From assembly GCF_036321535.1 (NCBI RefSeq), contig NC_087437.1, forward strand, positions 55,244,001 to 55,308,000: a DNA stretch of 64,000 nucleotides. The letters run 5' to 3'. Position numbers and translations under genes: made by a program. The DNA is from Camelus dromedarius. Its lineage: Eukaryota. Numbering within the stretch: the stretch's first letter is position 1; each line of letters begins with the position of its first letter. This document shows, one piece after another, positions 38,680 through 52,335 of the stretch. The notes below the pieces were generated by a model, which had not been told where the DNA came from, did not search any database, and was given only the letters and a program-made list of their open reading frames with translations.

Positions 38680-39548
38680 GGTTCTAGATACTTTTACCAT
38701 AAGCATCTTTGCTGCCAGCATTTTTGCCATAAATATTTGTGCTGTAGATATTTGTGCTATAAATATTTGTGCTAATTAGCCATAAGACAATTCTGCCATA
38801 GAAGATAAGATAATGAAAAATAAGACAGGGAATTAAGAAGGACATAGTGAAACATGAGAAATGAATAGCAGAGTTAAAAAGACTTAGTTGTGAAATATAA
38901 AACATTTGAATGCAGTTAAAACTTGTGGAGACTCATGGCACTACAGAGCAAAAAACTGATTTTATTTTGTGGCTTGTACCTAAGCATTTGTCTTTCAAGT
39001 CTTTTGTTTGTAATATTTATACTTTCTTTTTTTGCTTATTGATTTGTCTTCTGGTTTGACATCACACTTTTTCTTTTTTGCTAAAATTTCTTCCTTCATT
39101 AAGAAAGATATCAGCTTCTAAATACTAGAATGCATGTTTGTAATGGAGCTTCGAATTGCATTGTGAGAATCTGTAATGTTTGTTCTTGGCATCTTGTCAC
39201 ATGTTTATTGACAAACATTCCAGAGTTCTATGGGAAATGTGGGTTCAACTCTGCATCCTTGAGGCCTGCAGCCTCTCTCCTCCAATGCAGTGTGTTTCAA
39301 AATAAGAAACCAACTCTTGGTGCAAACCATTGTCATCTGTCAGCTCGCTAAAACCATCAATAATGTCACTAACTGGAAGAAATATTAACACATTTCAACC
39401 AGCTGAAACCAAACTGTCAAACCAAAAACCATCAACCAGTTATTTTATCTTTTACAGAAAAGTTGCCGTAAGGCCGATTTTATGCAGTGTAATGTTTGTG
39501 GCAAAAATGTCTGTAGCAAAGGTGCTTACTGCAAAAATAGCAGACACT
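38680..39548 (-). mobile_element. Mutator-like (MULE) DNA transposon fossil with C-terminal transposase remnant
   Basis: 9-bp TSD cagtgtttg (38671-38679, 39549-39557); about 58-bp imperfect TIRs with 15-bp subrepeats; minus-strand pseudo-ORF about 39400-38916 with FPIELWNV, PRTN and H-S-S-I-*-KLI motifs. Confidence 0.85.
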
Positions 39549-41629
39549 CAGTGTTTGCCAGAGGTAGTGGCAATAGCCACTATGCTTAGAATGCTCGCTC
39601 AGAAGGGGATGTGGCGGCTGTCACTCCCAACCCAATGCTGAAGTACCAGGAGCATGGGTGCAAAGTAGAGCTGGATATTTTTAGAGGCTTAATATGTTGA
39701 ATTGACTAAAACAAACAAACTCAACAATGACCTGATGCCTGCAGCTGTTACCACTGAAAATTTCTAAACTTTGAAAAAAAAAGCAAGAAAAGTCACTCAC
39801 TCTTTGAAGAAAAGTTGAGAGTATACACAAGTACATTCTTCCCACATGCAATTAAGGTAAATATCCTTATTCTTAATATAATGATAAGATATTTTATTCT
39901 CACCAAGTATAAGTTTCACGTTTTATCCAGAGTAGACTCGGGACCAAGAGACTGGTACAGCTAAAAGGTGTGGATATTATTTTTTCTCTTTACTCCCCTT
40001 TACTCGGGTATCCTGGTTGTCTGCTTGTGTCTTCACAACAGCTATGTGTGTCTTAATGTTCCATACCTTGAGATCTAGGGCATCATTTTGACTGAGATCT
40101 TTGTTCTAAGGGCTGGGATTTTTGCTTTTTTTTTTTTTTTTTAAATATATTTTGAGGGTGTGGAGCAGGCATTGTGATAATATTTATATCTATTAACTTC
40201 CTGATGTTTTTAGCTAGTGGGGCAAGAGAAAATCTTGCTTAGATTAATTTAATTTGAAAAGCATTTAAGGAACTACCCCTATTCTATTAGATAGTTCAGG
40301 CTGAGGATGATACAGGAACTCAGGCTCTGTCCAGGGTTCTGAGCCATCCGACACTCTGGATGAAATGAAAAAAGAAAAAAAGCATAGGGATGATTTTGTT
40401 TCATGGCACAAAACTTACAGTGAGAAAGGACATTCATTTTTGGACCTGGATTTCTCCTTGAGAATTTGATAACAGATTGAAATTGTTGTTCAAATCTGGA
40501 ACATTTTCATACTGCATTTTTCTTTTTAGTAATCTTTACTTTGACATTTATCTCATTGTCTCTATATGTACTGAATGATGCTAATAGGAACAATTCAGAA
40601 TAACAAGAGGATGTTTGGTCTACAGTATAATATGGATTCCTTTAATTATCTGTTTGAGTCTTTTATAGGCAAAAGCTAAACTGCCCACCTTGGTCCCAGA
40701 CGATACACAAAGGAACAGCTTGGTGGATTGGGAGTAAGTCTTATGATAGTAGAAGCTTTATTATCACAAGAGTCTGCTGGTCTGTTCCCTCAAGGAGAAT
40801 AGCTAGTCTGCCTTAGAGTGACCTGTAGAGAGGCTTGTAAAATGGTTAAAAGACTTTTCTATACTGCAAGTGTGATAATAAACAATATTCAATTTGAGTT
40901 ATACACTACCTTGTGATTTATCCAGGAAAAGGACTGCTATCCTCTACTTCCAAAAGAGAATAATAAAACACAGGGAGTAAGAATTTGCCAAAAGTCATGC
41001 ATCTAACTTTGTTGTCTCTTAAGTATTTGTCACTGATCTTCTTAAGCAATTAAATGAAATGGGAGACAGACTAGGAACAGAGACTTTAAGGTAAGATTTG
41101 AATCAATATGGACACATGAGGACAGATTTGAAGATATAAAATCCTATTGTATGTTCAGATATAAAATTCTGCTGTATGTTGTATCTACACCGAATTCAAC
41201 ATGCATTTATGGGACATAATATCTACAACACATATTCAGGAGTCCCACTATGCATAGGGCAGTGAACTAAGTATTGAGAAATATACTGAAACAGAGCCCA
41301 TTCCTTGTCTTTAAGAGTTCACCATCTATTTAGAACCATAAGACAAAGACACTATGACACAAAGTCACGTATATTCAGTGCTATAAGAAAAGCCCAAAGC
41401 ATTATATGTGCTGTGATTGGAATATGATCACTTCTAATTTGAGGTGACCAGAGCCAGCTTTGTGAAAGAAGAGATGTTTAAGTTTGCCTGGAAAGTCACC
41501 TCCCTTTTCCAAAGTTCATTCTTCTGAAACTTTCTTATTCCCATCTGCATGAGTTTCAGTTGTGATCACCAATTGCCAACACTGTTTGTCCTCCCTTAAA
41601 GGAATCTGAAATTTATTTAGCTACTACTT

Positions 41630-42000
41630 TTCCTTATTCATGCATCCATCTACTCACTCATTCAACAGACATGTTTTTGAGGATCTAAATGGCTCTAGGA
41701 GATAGAGACACAACCCACCACCATCATCACTGCCACCACAACTCACTCTGTGTGTCAAGGAGCTTATAGTTCAGCGAGGAACACTGATTACCTGTCTACT
41801 TGCCACCCCCACCCCCCACCAATTGATGCTTATAACACAGAGTGTGGCAAATACTGTGAGAAAGGTAAGAGCAGTGTAGTTTAAGCTTACATAAAAGGGA
41901 CATCCAAACCGACTTTGGAGGCCAGGAAAGTCTTCCAGAAAACAGTGATACCTAGGTTTAGACCTGAAAGATGAATGAGGGTTGGTTGGCTAAATGGAGC
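41630..42000 (-). mobile_element. L2 fragment
   Basis: cactcattcaacagacatg..caaggagcttatagttcagc..ggaaagtcttccagaaaacagtgata..gacctgaaagatgaatgag. Confidence 0.7.
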
Positions 42001-42499
42001 TGGAGAGGCAAAAATGTTAAGAGAGCTCAGGGAGTTTCCTCTAAATTACAGCCTGAGAAGCACACCTGGTCAGGATCAATGATGTGGGTCAATTGATTTC
42101 AGGGTTTTGAAATCTTCTGAATTTCTTCCCATGGTCAGACATCCCTATTTGAGCCTAGGTTTTGTTGGGATCTCTGCAGTTTCAAAAGATGTGAGGAGAA
42201 TGGGAAAACTTAGATGAATAGTAAAGCATGTTATTCCATAAAGAGAAAGGAGATCACCTGGTGGAAAGCTAAAGGTAAAGCATTAACTTGTGCAGAACTG
42301 TGTATGCAAGTCTTTTGTCTCAGAATGAGGTAAGTGATGATTAAACCACAGAGCTATATATTCTTATTTTCTTAGGGGGTGAAACCACATGAACTGTAAG
42401 AAGAGTTTAATTATGGGTGGGTTTGATCAGTTAGGTAGAGAACCCTGAGTGTGAAAAACCTCTTTCAATAGGGTAGGTAATCTAATTTAGGTATCAGTT

Positions 42500-42895
42500 C
42501 TTGTGGCTTTGAGTTCACTGCACAACTTCCTCTTCCTGAATACCTTAGAAGGCTCCATCTCTCATCCTCCCCAGGGTTAGATTAGGACTGAGTTTTGTGT
42601 GACTGAGTTTTAACCAATGGAATGTGAGTGAAAGAGATGTAAACCATAGGGTCTAAGCTCGGCCTGTAAAAATATCTCATATATTTGGTCTCCCTTTCTA
42701 CAATATTATGCTTCTTGTAGCTAAAAAGCAGAAACAACTTGAATCCTTGAATCATGGCTTAGAAGAACCCCTGAGTAGAACCACCCTGCACTGGATTGTA
42801 ACATGAGCAAGAAGTAAATATTTGTTGTGTTAAGCCACAGATATTCCAGGGCTTATTTGTTATTGAGTTGCAGCCTGGTGCATTCTGACAAATGT
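42500..42895 (+). mobile_element. MLT1 (MaLR) solo LTR
   Basis: gtgactgagttttaaccaatggaatgtgagtgaaag..catgagcaagaagtaaatatttgttgtgttaagccacagat..ttgtta. Confidence 0.8.
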
Positions 42896-43879
42896 ACTCC
42901 TCCGCCTGGAGGTCTTCCCATGGCCTTATTTGGGCTTCCTGAGGATGATTTACAACAGTAAGATTTGATAACTCATTGGGCATAGAAGGTGAGGGAGTAG
43001 ATATCAAGAAAAGCTTTTGTGTGTTTTGGCTTGTATAGGTAAAATGGTGAGTTAAGATGAGTACATTTGAGAATTAAAGGTATTTAATTTATGTTATGCT
43101 GGAAAGATATTTCACCTTATATCATGAGTAATCCTACAAATAGGAGGGTATTTTGTGTATATACTGGTGGTCTTACAGTTTAATTCCCTGTAGAATCTAC
43201 TACCTACTGTCTATATAACACCTACATTTGTTGATGGTTGGTTCCTTCACAGCTCAGCTGAATTCTGGAGGAGATTTCCTGACTTCTCCAGTTGATGAAT
43301 TCCTCTGAGAGCTTGTGAAGATGCCTATTCTCTCTGTGCCTGGAATTGCCTTGAGTGGTCTACACACTCAAAGGAAGTAGCTTGTATAAATCACAATAGC
43401 ATGTTTATGCTGCTCCCCAGCTCCCCAAATCTTACATTTTCCTGAACATTGTTATGCAGCATTCTTTTGCTCTTTGTAAGGATATTTCTCATTAGGTAGA
43501 TGGTCAAAGCCAACACCAAATATCAAATCCAAGTTTCTTGCACAAGCAGTTTGGAAGGTCAGAATGAGCTCCACAAGATGCATACCAGCAGCTAACTCAA
43601 TTTTTGATTCCCCAAATGACTTTTTTCTTGTGAAATCTGGTTTTCAAATCTTCCCATGCTTTTCCCTTAATTGCCTGCGTTTATATTTCAAAAAACAAAA
43701 CAACAAAATAAAAAAAAACAAAAAAAGGGAAAGAAGCATTTTAGAAAAGTTATTGTTTTTGTTTTTCTTAGCAATCTCTTCCATTATTCCTTAGTGTTTT
43801 TCCTAGAAGAATATTTTGCATAAAGTGGGTACTAAATAAGTATTTGTTGACTGGTTTAGAGATCTTAGTTTGGGCTGGA

Positions 43880-44170
43880 AAGAAATTTAGGGATCTAGTC
43901 CAAACCTGTCTGTTTGTAGGTGAGGAAACAAAAGCCTGGAGAACTGACGTGTTTTGGCCAAGGTCACACGGGCTGATTAGCTGCAGACCTGCTGCTGTTA
44001 CTAGTAAAAGCTACTCCTTTAATTATGTGCATAACTCAACAGTTCCACAAAGCCATCATTTGTCTCCTCTGATCCTTATAATAACTATGGGAGCTGGAAA
44101 ACTCAGGCATTATCAGTCCTTTTGGTTTTTTCACAAACAAGGAAATTGAGGCTCAGAAAAACCAAGTCAA
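43880..44170 (-). mobile_element. Two MIR fragments
   Basis: tttgtaggtgaggaaacaaaagcctggaga..ccaaggtcacacgg; acaaggaaattgaggctcaga. Confidence 0.7.
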
Positions 44171-46339
44171 ATTATTGAATTATCTTATTCATTTATTCCA
44201 CAAATACCGACTGAGCCCCTGTTGTGGGCCAGGGACTGTTCTTGGTTTGTTTTGAATATGAACAAGACAAAGTCTCTGCCCTCCTTTTATCAGTGAGGAA
44301 GAGAGAGAAAACACTGTAATAAATAATCGTCAAAATGAACAATCTTGCCTCTTGACTCCAATCCAGTGGTGTTTTTCTCTACATTTTTGTTAATTAATTA
44401 AAACAAATGAAATTTCTGATGGCTTGATTAATCCTCTTTTACTCAGGAGAAATAACCCCTTTAAAGAAATTATCCTGTAAAGAATGCAAAGCATTTCAGA
44501 TGCGGCAATCAAAAGAGGGCTTCGGACAGTTATATAATTTTATGTGCTCAAGATAATATGGGAAAACATCAGTACGTGTTCCCTTTCTCTAGCTTTGAGA
44601 TTTATGATTGGTCTGGTACAATAATAATAACAACTGAATACTGGCTCAAGGAATGTATTGGATTCAGTGGGCAACATCTGACAGCGTTAACTTGTGAAAT
44701 GTCGAGAAGTTCTCACAGGAAGCGCCAGCAGAATATGTAATACACAAGAAGGTATTCAGGGAGCAAAAAAATAAAATCAAAGGAACCTGCTACCCAATCT
44801 GTTTCATTAAATATGAAAATTAAAATGCCTTAACAAAATGCTTTCTCTTCCTCTCTCCTCCCAACAAACAAAAGCTTTGGGAGGCAGCCTGAAATTGCTC
44901 ATCAAGGAAAAAGACCAGACTCAGATGCTAAATGGCTTCTTTTGAATTAAGCAATTAATGCTAAAAGGAACATGTTGTCTCCTCAGCATTTGTAAGGTGA
45001 AACATTCATTGTATTTCCTGGCACTCTATCAAGACTTTCCTTGGCCAGAGCCAGCAGAAAAATGGTTTGCTGCCTGTGCTCTTGACCTCTGGTAATCAGG
45101 AGGATTTGGCTGATGAACTTGACAGCAGCCATTCTCCTTAGGATTGAGAATATGCCTGGGAACTCTTCTCTTGGGTCCATCTTGCCCAGACCCTGACTTG
45201 CTGGACTTGGCAGGCCCATCAAAGCTGGTGTCTCCTCCATTTGCAAAATAGAGATGTGACCCTGGGACGGTGGAGGCTTTGAGATACGTTCGACTAATGC
45301 AACAGAACGTTATCTTTACTTAACTGTATTGGTCAGATCAGATTTTTCAAGAGTATTGCCTCCTTAAAGAATTTAAGACATTATCTGTCCTTTTGGTTTT
45401 TTCACAAACAAGGAAATTGAGGTTCTGTCACTAATTCATATGTTTCCTCAAAATATGTAAACTAATGAATTCCAGAGTGTCAGAGACAGCGTGGGGACAT
45501 AAAATAAAACACAGGACCTGTCCTCAGGGATTGCTTTGTCTGGTGGTGGGGAGTCAGGCAGGAAAATTCCTCATGACAATAAAACATGGTAGCTTAGAAG
45601 CGAGGCAGATGCAATGCCATGGGAGCTCACGTGGGTGGAGGGTGCACTCCTGTACAACGAATAAGCAGCGGTCCCCTGCATGGACTCTGGCAGGAGGAGG
45701 CTGGACACGGGATGACCAGGAGGTATTGGATTGCTCTTGTACAACCCCAGCCACCTCCTCCCTGCAACTGAAGACTTCCTCTTTTACTTACTTCATAGAT
45801 ACATAACTCTTACAAGTTTTTTAGACCAAAGGGCTTTATCCAAAAATAGAGACAAGCCATATAAGTGGTCTTTATTAACTTATTTAATGCTCTAATAAAT
45901 ATATCTAGTAGTGGGAGGCAAGGTCCTCCCCATTTTACATATGAGGGAAATACTCATCTGAAATAAATATTTGTTATTTCATAGTCAGGGCTAAAAATAG
46001 TGATCCTTGTTTCTTCCTCCATGAAACCACCTACTGAAGTATTTTCACATTCACCGCATGTATTTTATTAGCCTTAAAGTTAAATAGACTTTCTACCAAA
46101 GCAACAATAGATTCTGCAATGAGATCCTGAGGGACTCACTTTGATTCAGTTTAGTAGGTGATCTTTTATCACCTGCACTAAATGTTGGCTTATACTTTCT
46201 CTTTTCTGATCTTAGATGGTAAAAATGGATTCTATTCATTTAATTAACTTCCGTGCAACTGCATAAAAAGTGTGCTGATGCTCCAACAATAGGTATTATT
46301 GTTTTCAACATTTATTTTATGATAATCATGTTGCACAAT

Positions 46340-46580
46340 GAGGTGGGGGACCTATATTCTAGGGACAGAGAAAGTTGGTTCAAATTCTTGCTCTGCTACG
46401 AACTAGCTGTGTAACCTTGGCCGAGTTTCTCTCCTTCTCTGGGTTTTAGTTTTCTCAGATGTGAAATGGGGTTAATCCCCGTTGACTTCCCTTGCTATTT
46501 TTGAGAATCGAGAAGTGGTCTCACCGGAAGTGTACTGTGAACTATAAATAAAGCGCTGCATGAATGAAGGGGCTTATTAT
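46340..46580 (+). mobile_element. MIR SINE
   Basis: ggttcaaattcttgctctgctacgaactagctgtgtaaccttggccgag..tcagatgtgaaatgggg. Confidence 0.85.
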
Positions 46581-47439
46581 TCGTTGAGCCCTGGGCCTGC
46601 CAGACCATATGATCTTTTTCAGGGTTGTTTGTTTATAGTCGATTAATTCCTCCCCCTCCTTCTGCTCTTGGAGGTCCACAGAGGTGGGGGATTGGCAAAG
46701 AAATGAAAAGTCACAGCTTCATGTAAACAACTTCTCTCTCACCTAATCCTCCTTTGGTCTCCCTATTCATGTGTCTTCTTAATCACGAGGCACAAAGGAA
46801 AGTAGCACCTTCCAGCGCCGCATTAGGATTCTGGCAGTTCTAGGGCCTCTGATCTCAGAGAAGACCATCCTCTTCTTTTGCAGGATTCTTCATGGCAGAC
46901 TTAAAAAATATTTTTCAGTGAGAGATGTCATTGCTCAGAAAATGGAGCTTCTGGGTTGTTTTTTGTTGTTGTTCTATTTTGCTTTATTTTTAAAATGCCT
47001 TAAATGATCAGCAAAATGCTTCTGCAGAAACTCACCCTCGTGATGTTCCATCTTCAGGGTCTCATGTTGGATTAACTTCCCTGACCGAGTGCAAGGTGGA
47101 GTTCTCCCTCCCAGCCTGACAGGCACTGCTGATGCCTGGAACAGAGCTCGGCTCTTTCTCTCAGTTCAGAGCATCATTATAGATAATAAAAACTCTGGAA
47201 GCAGGACTTTGCTGGCAATTTAGGTTTAGGGGATGATGCATGAGACAGAAAAGTCCATTCTGGACTATGAGGTGCTGACATCAGGCAAACTCCTAGTTAC
47301 AGATGAAATAAGTCAATTTGACTCAGAAGACACACGAAGGAGGCAGCCACACTCTTGTAAGGTGGCGTGACCTTCTTCTAGTACTAACAAACATACACCA
47401 TTCTACTTTCAGACAGAAACTGAAGGTTATGCCTCTTTC

Positions 47440-47890
47440 TTTAGTTGAGGGAATCTGGTCATGGAACCAGACAACGAGTTTGGCTCCGGGTTTTGCCATT
47501 TACTAGCTGGCCAAAAATAAGTCTGATCTCTGTTTATTTATCAAGTGGGAATAAAAATATCTGCCTTATCATCTCCTGATGTGTGGTGAGGATGAAGTGA
47601 CAATTCCTTCATGGGTGTGCTGCTTTCTGATTTGAAAGCATTTGTACATGAGAAGCGAGTAGTTGAGAGCAGGGGTTTGTGGGGCAGAATTATGTGTCTG
47701 AATCCCATTCCAGTTATTTCCCAGATTTGTGACCTTGTACAACTTGCTTGACTTTCCTGAGCATAGATTTCCTCACTGTTCAAGTGGGAACTGTAATACC
47801 AAATTTACAGGGACATTAGAAGGATTAAATGACACATGTGAAGTCCTCGGTAACTGGCTGGTGATGGGCACTTTGTAAGCAGTTGCTAGT
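47440..47890 (+). mobile_element. Two tandem MIR SINEs
   Basis: Two MIR cores (gccatttactagctgg..gtgaggatgaagtga; gtgaccttgtacaacttgc..aaggattaaatga). Confidence 0.75.
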
Positions 47891-49299
47891 TACATCTTGT
47901 TTGATTTCTACCTAATGCTGTGAAGAAAGAAGACCAGCTCTTCTTCATATGGTTTCCATTGTGAAACGATTGGTAACTTGAAGACCAGAAAGAGGAAATA
48001 TGTTACTGTACTCTAATCCAGCAGGAACATCCCATGGAGCATCATATAAACGCAGAGCTTGTGACTGCTGTTACTTAGAATAAAGCTGCATCTTCCCTTT
48101 GAGGCAGCAAACATCCTCCCTGAAGATGACCTGGAGGAGAAGACACTCAGAGATTTCATGCTGTTGGTTCACAGGCAGTCTGCTACTGCTCGCTCAGTGG
48201 TGGTCTTAGGGCCTGGGACATCCCTGAGAGAAGGTCCTTGCTTTTAATCTTTCTGATACAGCTCCAAGGTGGCGAGAAGGAACGTGGGAGTCTCAGCCAC
48301 AAGGGAGATTGTGGTATCTGTGGGAAGCTGTTTTCAGTAGCCAGGAAGGTGTTGGCAGCACCAGACCATTACCCCGATGCCTGCTATCCCAGACGTCAGG
48401 GTCCCAGTATTCAGAAGAGCAGAACTGGAAGAATCTTAGAAATCATCTAGACAATTACGCATGTGAATAAACAGATGGTATTTACCAATGCTAAACTCGT
48501 ACCTGTAACAGTATGTACTGTTACTAATATGCCAAGTTAGTGGTTAATCTGAACCAGGACTTGGCCTCTCCACCCGGTTTAGAAAGTCTCACCTTTGCTT
48601 TGGAGGCACCATAGGAAATCTTGGCAGGAACATGACACAATCTTTGCCCTCAAAGCCAAAAATGGAGATACAAGGTGGACACATGTGGCTATAACCCCAG
48701 GTAAAGGTCTTAGTTCTTTTCAGAGTAACGTAGAGAGTCAGAAAAAACAAACCATACCTGCTTTGGAGAATCAGGGATGAAAACTCACGAGAGAGGTAGC
48801 CTTTGAGCAGAACCTCGATAACCAGATGCTATGGACAAGAAATAAGAATGGATGCAATGAAACGCTTAGAGCAGAAAGATGGCTGTTTCCTTATGGGTTA
48901 GAGAGAGTCGGAATTCTTCAGTCTCAGCTTCTCAGGAAGGTGAGAACGGGCAGCCTGCCCCGTATGGTCAGCTGACATCTGTGAAAATGTTGTGCTCCAC
49001 TGCTCCTTCGTTTTCTCTTTCCCTCCTCCAACAACACACCCCAGAGATGGGCTATGGTGGTTCCGATTTCTCTTTGTGACTTAAAAATCTGCAAAGACAT
49101 ATCATCGAGCTGTTTTGAGGGGTGGGTAATAAAAATACCCTAACAGTTTTAAAATACATTGTGCGTGATCACAAATCAGAGAGAGAGAGAGAGGAAATTC
49201 TCCAGAGTCACACATTCCCCATGAACTCACTTTGCCAGAGCCAGAGTCCTGATACTGGCTCACCTTCGTGGGTCTCTCCTGGAGCGTGTGTGATTCCCA

Positions 49300-49830
49300 C
49301 AGCACTGTCACTGCCATGGCTCCTTCATCTTTGCCACCTGGAAGAGTTCCTCACAGTAGTGCCTGGTCTTTCGCGATCTTAACACTTTTGAAGAGCACCA
49401 ATGAGTTATTTTGTAGAATGACCTTCAGTTTTGGCAAGTCTGTTGTTTCTTGTGATTGGATTGAAGGTATTGGGAAGGGCCGTGCTGAGGTGCTGTGTCC
49501 TTCTCAGGGCACATCAGTTATGATGATAGATACGATTGGTAACACTAACCTTGATCACTTGATAAAGATGGCATCTGCTGGGTCTCTCCACTCTAAATTT
49601 ACTGTTTTCTCCTCTGTAATTATTAAATAATTTGAAAGGACATGCTTTAAGAAGATATAAATATCCTGTTTCTATTTAAACTTTTCCCAACTAATTTTAG
49701 CATCTCTTGCTGGATCTTGCTTACTGCCACAATTATTGTGGTATTCTGGCCATTTTCTATTTTTCTTATTCCTTCTGTTGATTAATTGAAGTTCATCTGT
49801 AGGGAAAAGTTGTAGCTTCACTCTCATTTA
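49300..49830 (-). mobile_element. L1MC4/5-like 3' fragment
   Basis: cttaacacttttgaagagcaccaatgagttattttgtagaatgacc..ccttgatcacttgataaagatg; same family as 1-1700. Confidence 0.8.
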
Positions 49831-51110
49831 AACGCAGTTATTGTAATTCTGGATTTATTGCTCTTGTCACTAACGCACAGGTGAAGGAGAATGTGGAAGA
49901 GTTTGGGTTACTGTAAAGGTCTGATTGTTTCAAGTACGCAGTGGAAAGGGGGTGGGTATTGTTTTGTTCATTTCACAGGTATTGATCAAACACTTATTTC
50001 TATAAAAGGCATTGTATGAGGCACTGTGAAGAAAAGAAAAATGTACACATCTCAAGAGGCTGATAAATCAAAGATTATTACTAAGGCACTCTTTATAAAA
50101 ATGATAATGAAACTTTTCAACTGAATATTGAACTGATACATGATTACTGTGATGGTTATGGCAAGGACAGGTGTATTCACGATGCAGTTAGCAAGTCCTC
50201 ACTGCAAGGTCAGCTCTGTGTGGTGTAGAACATCCCAACCAGGTGATCATGAGCTATACGCAGAAATTGGGTGCCTTAGTTCATAGAGTCATAAGCCTCT
50301 TAGCTTCTTTCTCCTAATTCATAGAGAGAAGAACCCAACTAGAAGATAACCTTTTGACTGTTTTGGGGACCCACCGTTTCTTTCCTGCCTGAGGCAGACT
50401 ATGAGGCTGCAGAGAATTCAAGCATTGATCCTCATTAGGAAACTGGGAATTAACTTATATATAATACTTGGAAAAGTTAAACTTCTGTTCTTGGTGTTTT
50501 CTTTCTTAACAGGTGACTGGAACAGACTATTTAGGTATAATCCCAGTGACCCAAATATCATCAGAGGATGAAGGACTGACGTGGTCAAACAATTTCCAAA
50601 CCGTAGCCTATTTTAACCAGCAGTCAATAAAGCCAAAGGACAGCTGTAAAGCACTAGTTATTATTTTACGTGGAACATAATGAGGTCCTTCTAGGGGCAC
50701 ATGTAGATTCTCCTTGTGTGGGTCAGTGGTTTACTATCCGATCTCCTGTCAGAGGAACCATTTGCATATGCAGGCAGAATGTGAATTGCTGAGGGCTCCC
50801 CATGAAGAACGCTGATGTGAAGAGAACCCAGCTCTAACACCATTAAAAAAAAAAAGTCTTCCCAACAGTTGGGCTTATTTCAGCTACAACAGGCTTTCAT
50901 TTACATTTGCACTTAAACACAGGTAAATCTGACGCGAAGGTAATAGCCTGCATTTTAAAGATGAGGTTCAATGCCATTCTGTGATTTTTGCTAACAATGA
51001 TGGATCCTGATCTTTGACCCAAATACTCTGGTTCTGGATTGTGTATTTTTTTACCTTATGCAGTATTGCCTGTGGTCGGTGATGTTTCTACAATGTTTTA
51101 TAACTGTAGA

Positions 51111-51245
51111 TAGAGTGGTCACATGTCCCATTTTGCCCAGAGCAGCTCAGATTTATGCTTCTTGTCACAGCATAATGATCAATAGTATGACTTTCTACTC
51201 AAAAAACGTGCCTTGTTTTGGACCAGAGAACATATAGTTACCCTG
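51111..51245 (+). mobile_element. MER94-like hAT-Blackjack MITE
   Basis: tagagtggtcacatgtcccattttgccc..ttttggac..atatagttaccctg; length and ends match the recalled MER94 consensus. Confidence 0.75.
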
Positions 51246-51749
51246 TTTCTAGGAAGGTTCAGAGAAATTCTAACTTGAGCTACATTCAATCTTTAAACTC
51301 ATGTTAAAGAAATCACTAATAAACTACTTAAATATTAAAAAAATAATTATCACTTAAATATATTCTGATGCATTCTGATGTTGGAATAGTATGCAGATAT
51401 ATAATGTATATGCGCACACACACATACACACACATAAAATTAAATATTTAATGACCTGGGAGAAAAAGCTCACACAAAAGGAAAAATTATAGTAATTTGG
51501 TTCTTGTATAAGCATATGGTTATAGCTGGGTAATGAGATACAGTTCATTTTCTTTTTTAAAAATACATTTCTGGATTTCCAAATAGTCTACAATGAGCAT
51601 GTGAAAAAATTTGTTAGCCAAAAATAATGTTTAAAATCTCTCATTTAGAATTAAGTGGTCTCTATGAACAGGAGAATATGAAATCATCATGTTGAAGAAA
51701 AGAAGACCCTCACACGTAGGAGTCTAACAACATAATAATCCTTCTTACG

Positions 51750-51945
51750 AGTAGAACAGAGCTCTACATCACCAAGAACTTTCTGACCTTATTTTCTCAT
51801 TTAAACTTTATAAGGATGCTCACAGTCAGTAAACTAATTCTCCATTTTGCAGGTGAAGCCAACATACAGATGTAGAGTGAACGAGGCCAGACTGGGACCT
51901 CCGAGGTTGTCCTAGGTAAGACTCCACGCCATTGACTTTTGTGCT
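51750..51945 (-). mobile_element. MIR fragment
   Basis: ttttctcatttaaact..tctccattttgcaggtgaag. Confidence 0.55.
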
Positions 51946-52169
51946 AATCCTATATCGGCTTTTAAAGCTATCAGTGAGCCACTGAGCTTACAGTTAGAGA
52001 CTAATTCCTTTGCCTGCACCACTAGTCCCACCTCATGGGCAAAGCTAAAAGGAGAGCATAAGGCTGGCACGGTATACCACAGGGGAGGTTAAGAGAAGCT
52101 TTTCCTTTCTTTAAGCCACCATTTGGCCAGCTGTTAATTTCCATCTCGAAGCATTCAAAAGTATACTGA

Positions 52170-52335
52170 CTACTACTTAGGGACTTAGGTTCCCAGCCTG
52201 AGTTTGTTGTGACCGTGTCTGCCCTGTGATTTATGGTGACTTGCTTTTTCCCTCTGGTCCTGGATTTCTTCATCTGCAGAATGAGAGCTGGTAACCAGAT
52301 CATCTCTATGGTTCTCTCTGGCTCCGATAGTGTGT
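52170..52335 (+). mobile_element. MIR/MIR3 fragment
   Basis: ctctggtcctggatttcttcatctgcagaatgagagctggtaaccagatcatctctatggtt. Confidence 0.65.

Noticed and set aside
38722..38776. 15-bp tandem repeats suggestive of an array or CRISPR
   Set aside because: No spacers; they are subterminal repeats of the MULE TIR.
41132..41180. 24-bp degenerate tandem duplication (also a 13-bp one at 4663-4690)
   Set aside because: Ordinary slippage-type duplications.
50513..50534. Possible 22-nt exon with a strong pyrimidine tract
   Set aside because: Weak donor (TAG|gtataa) and an immediate stop when joined to the exon chain; no other support.
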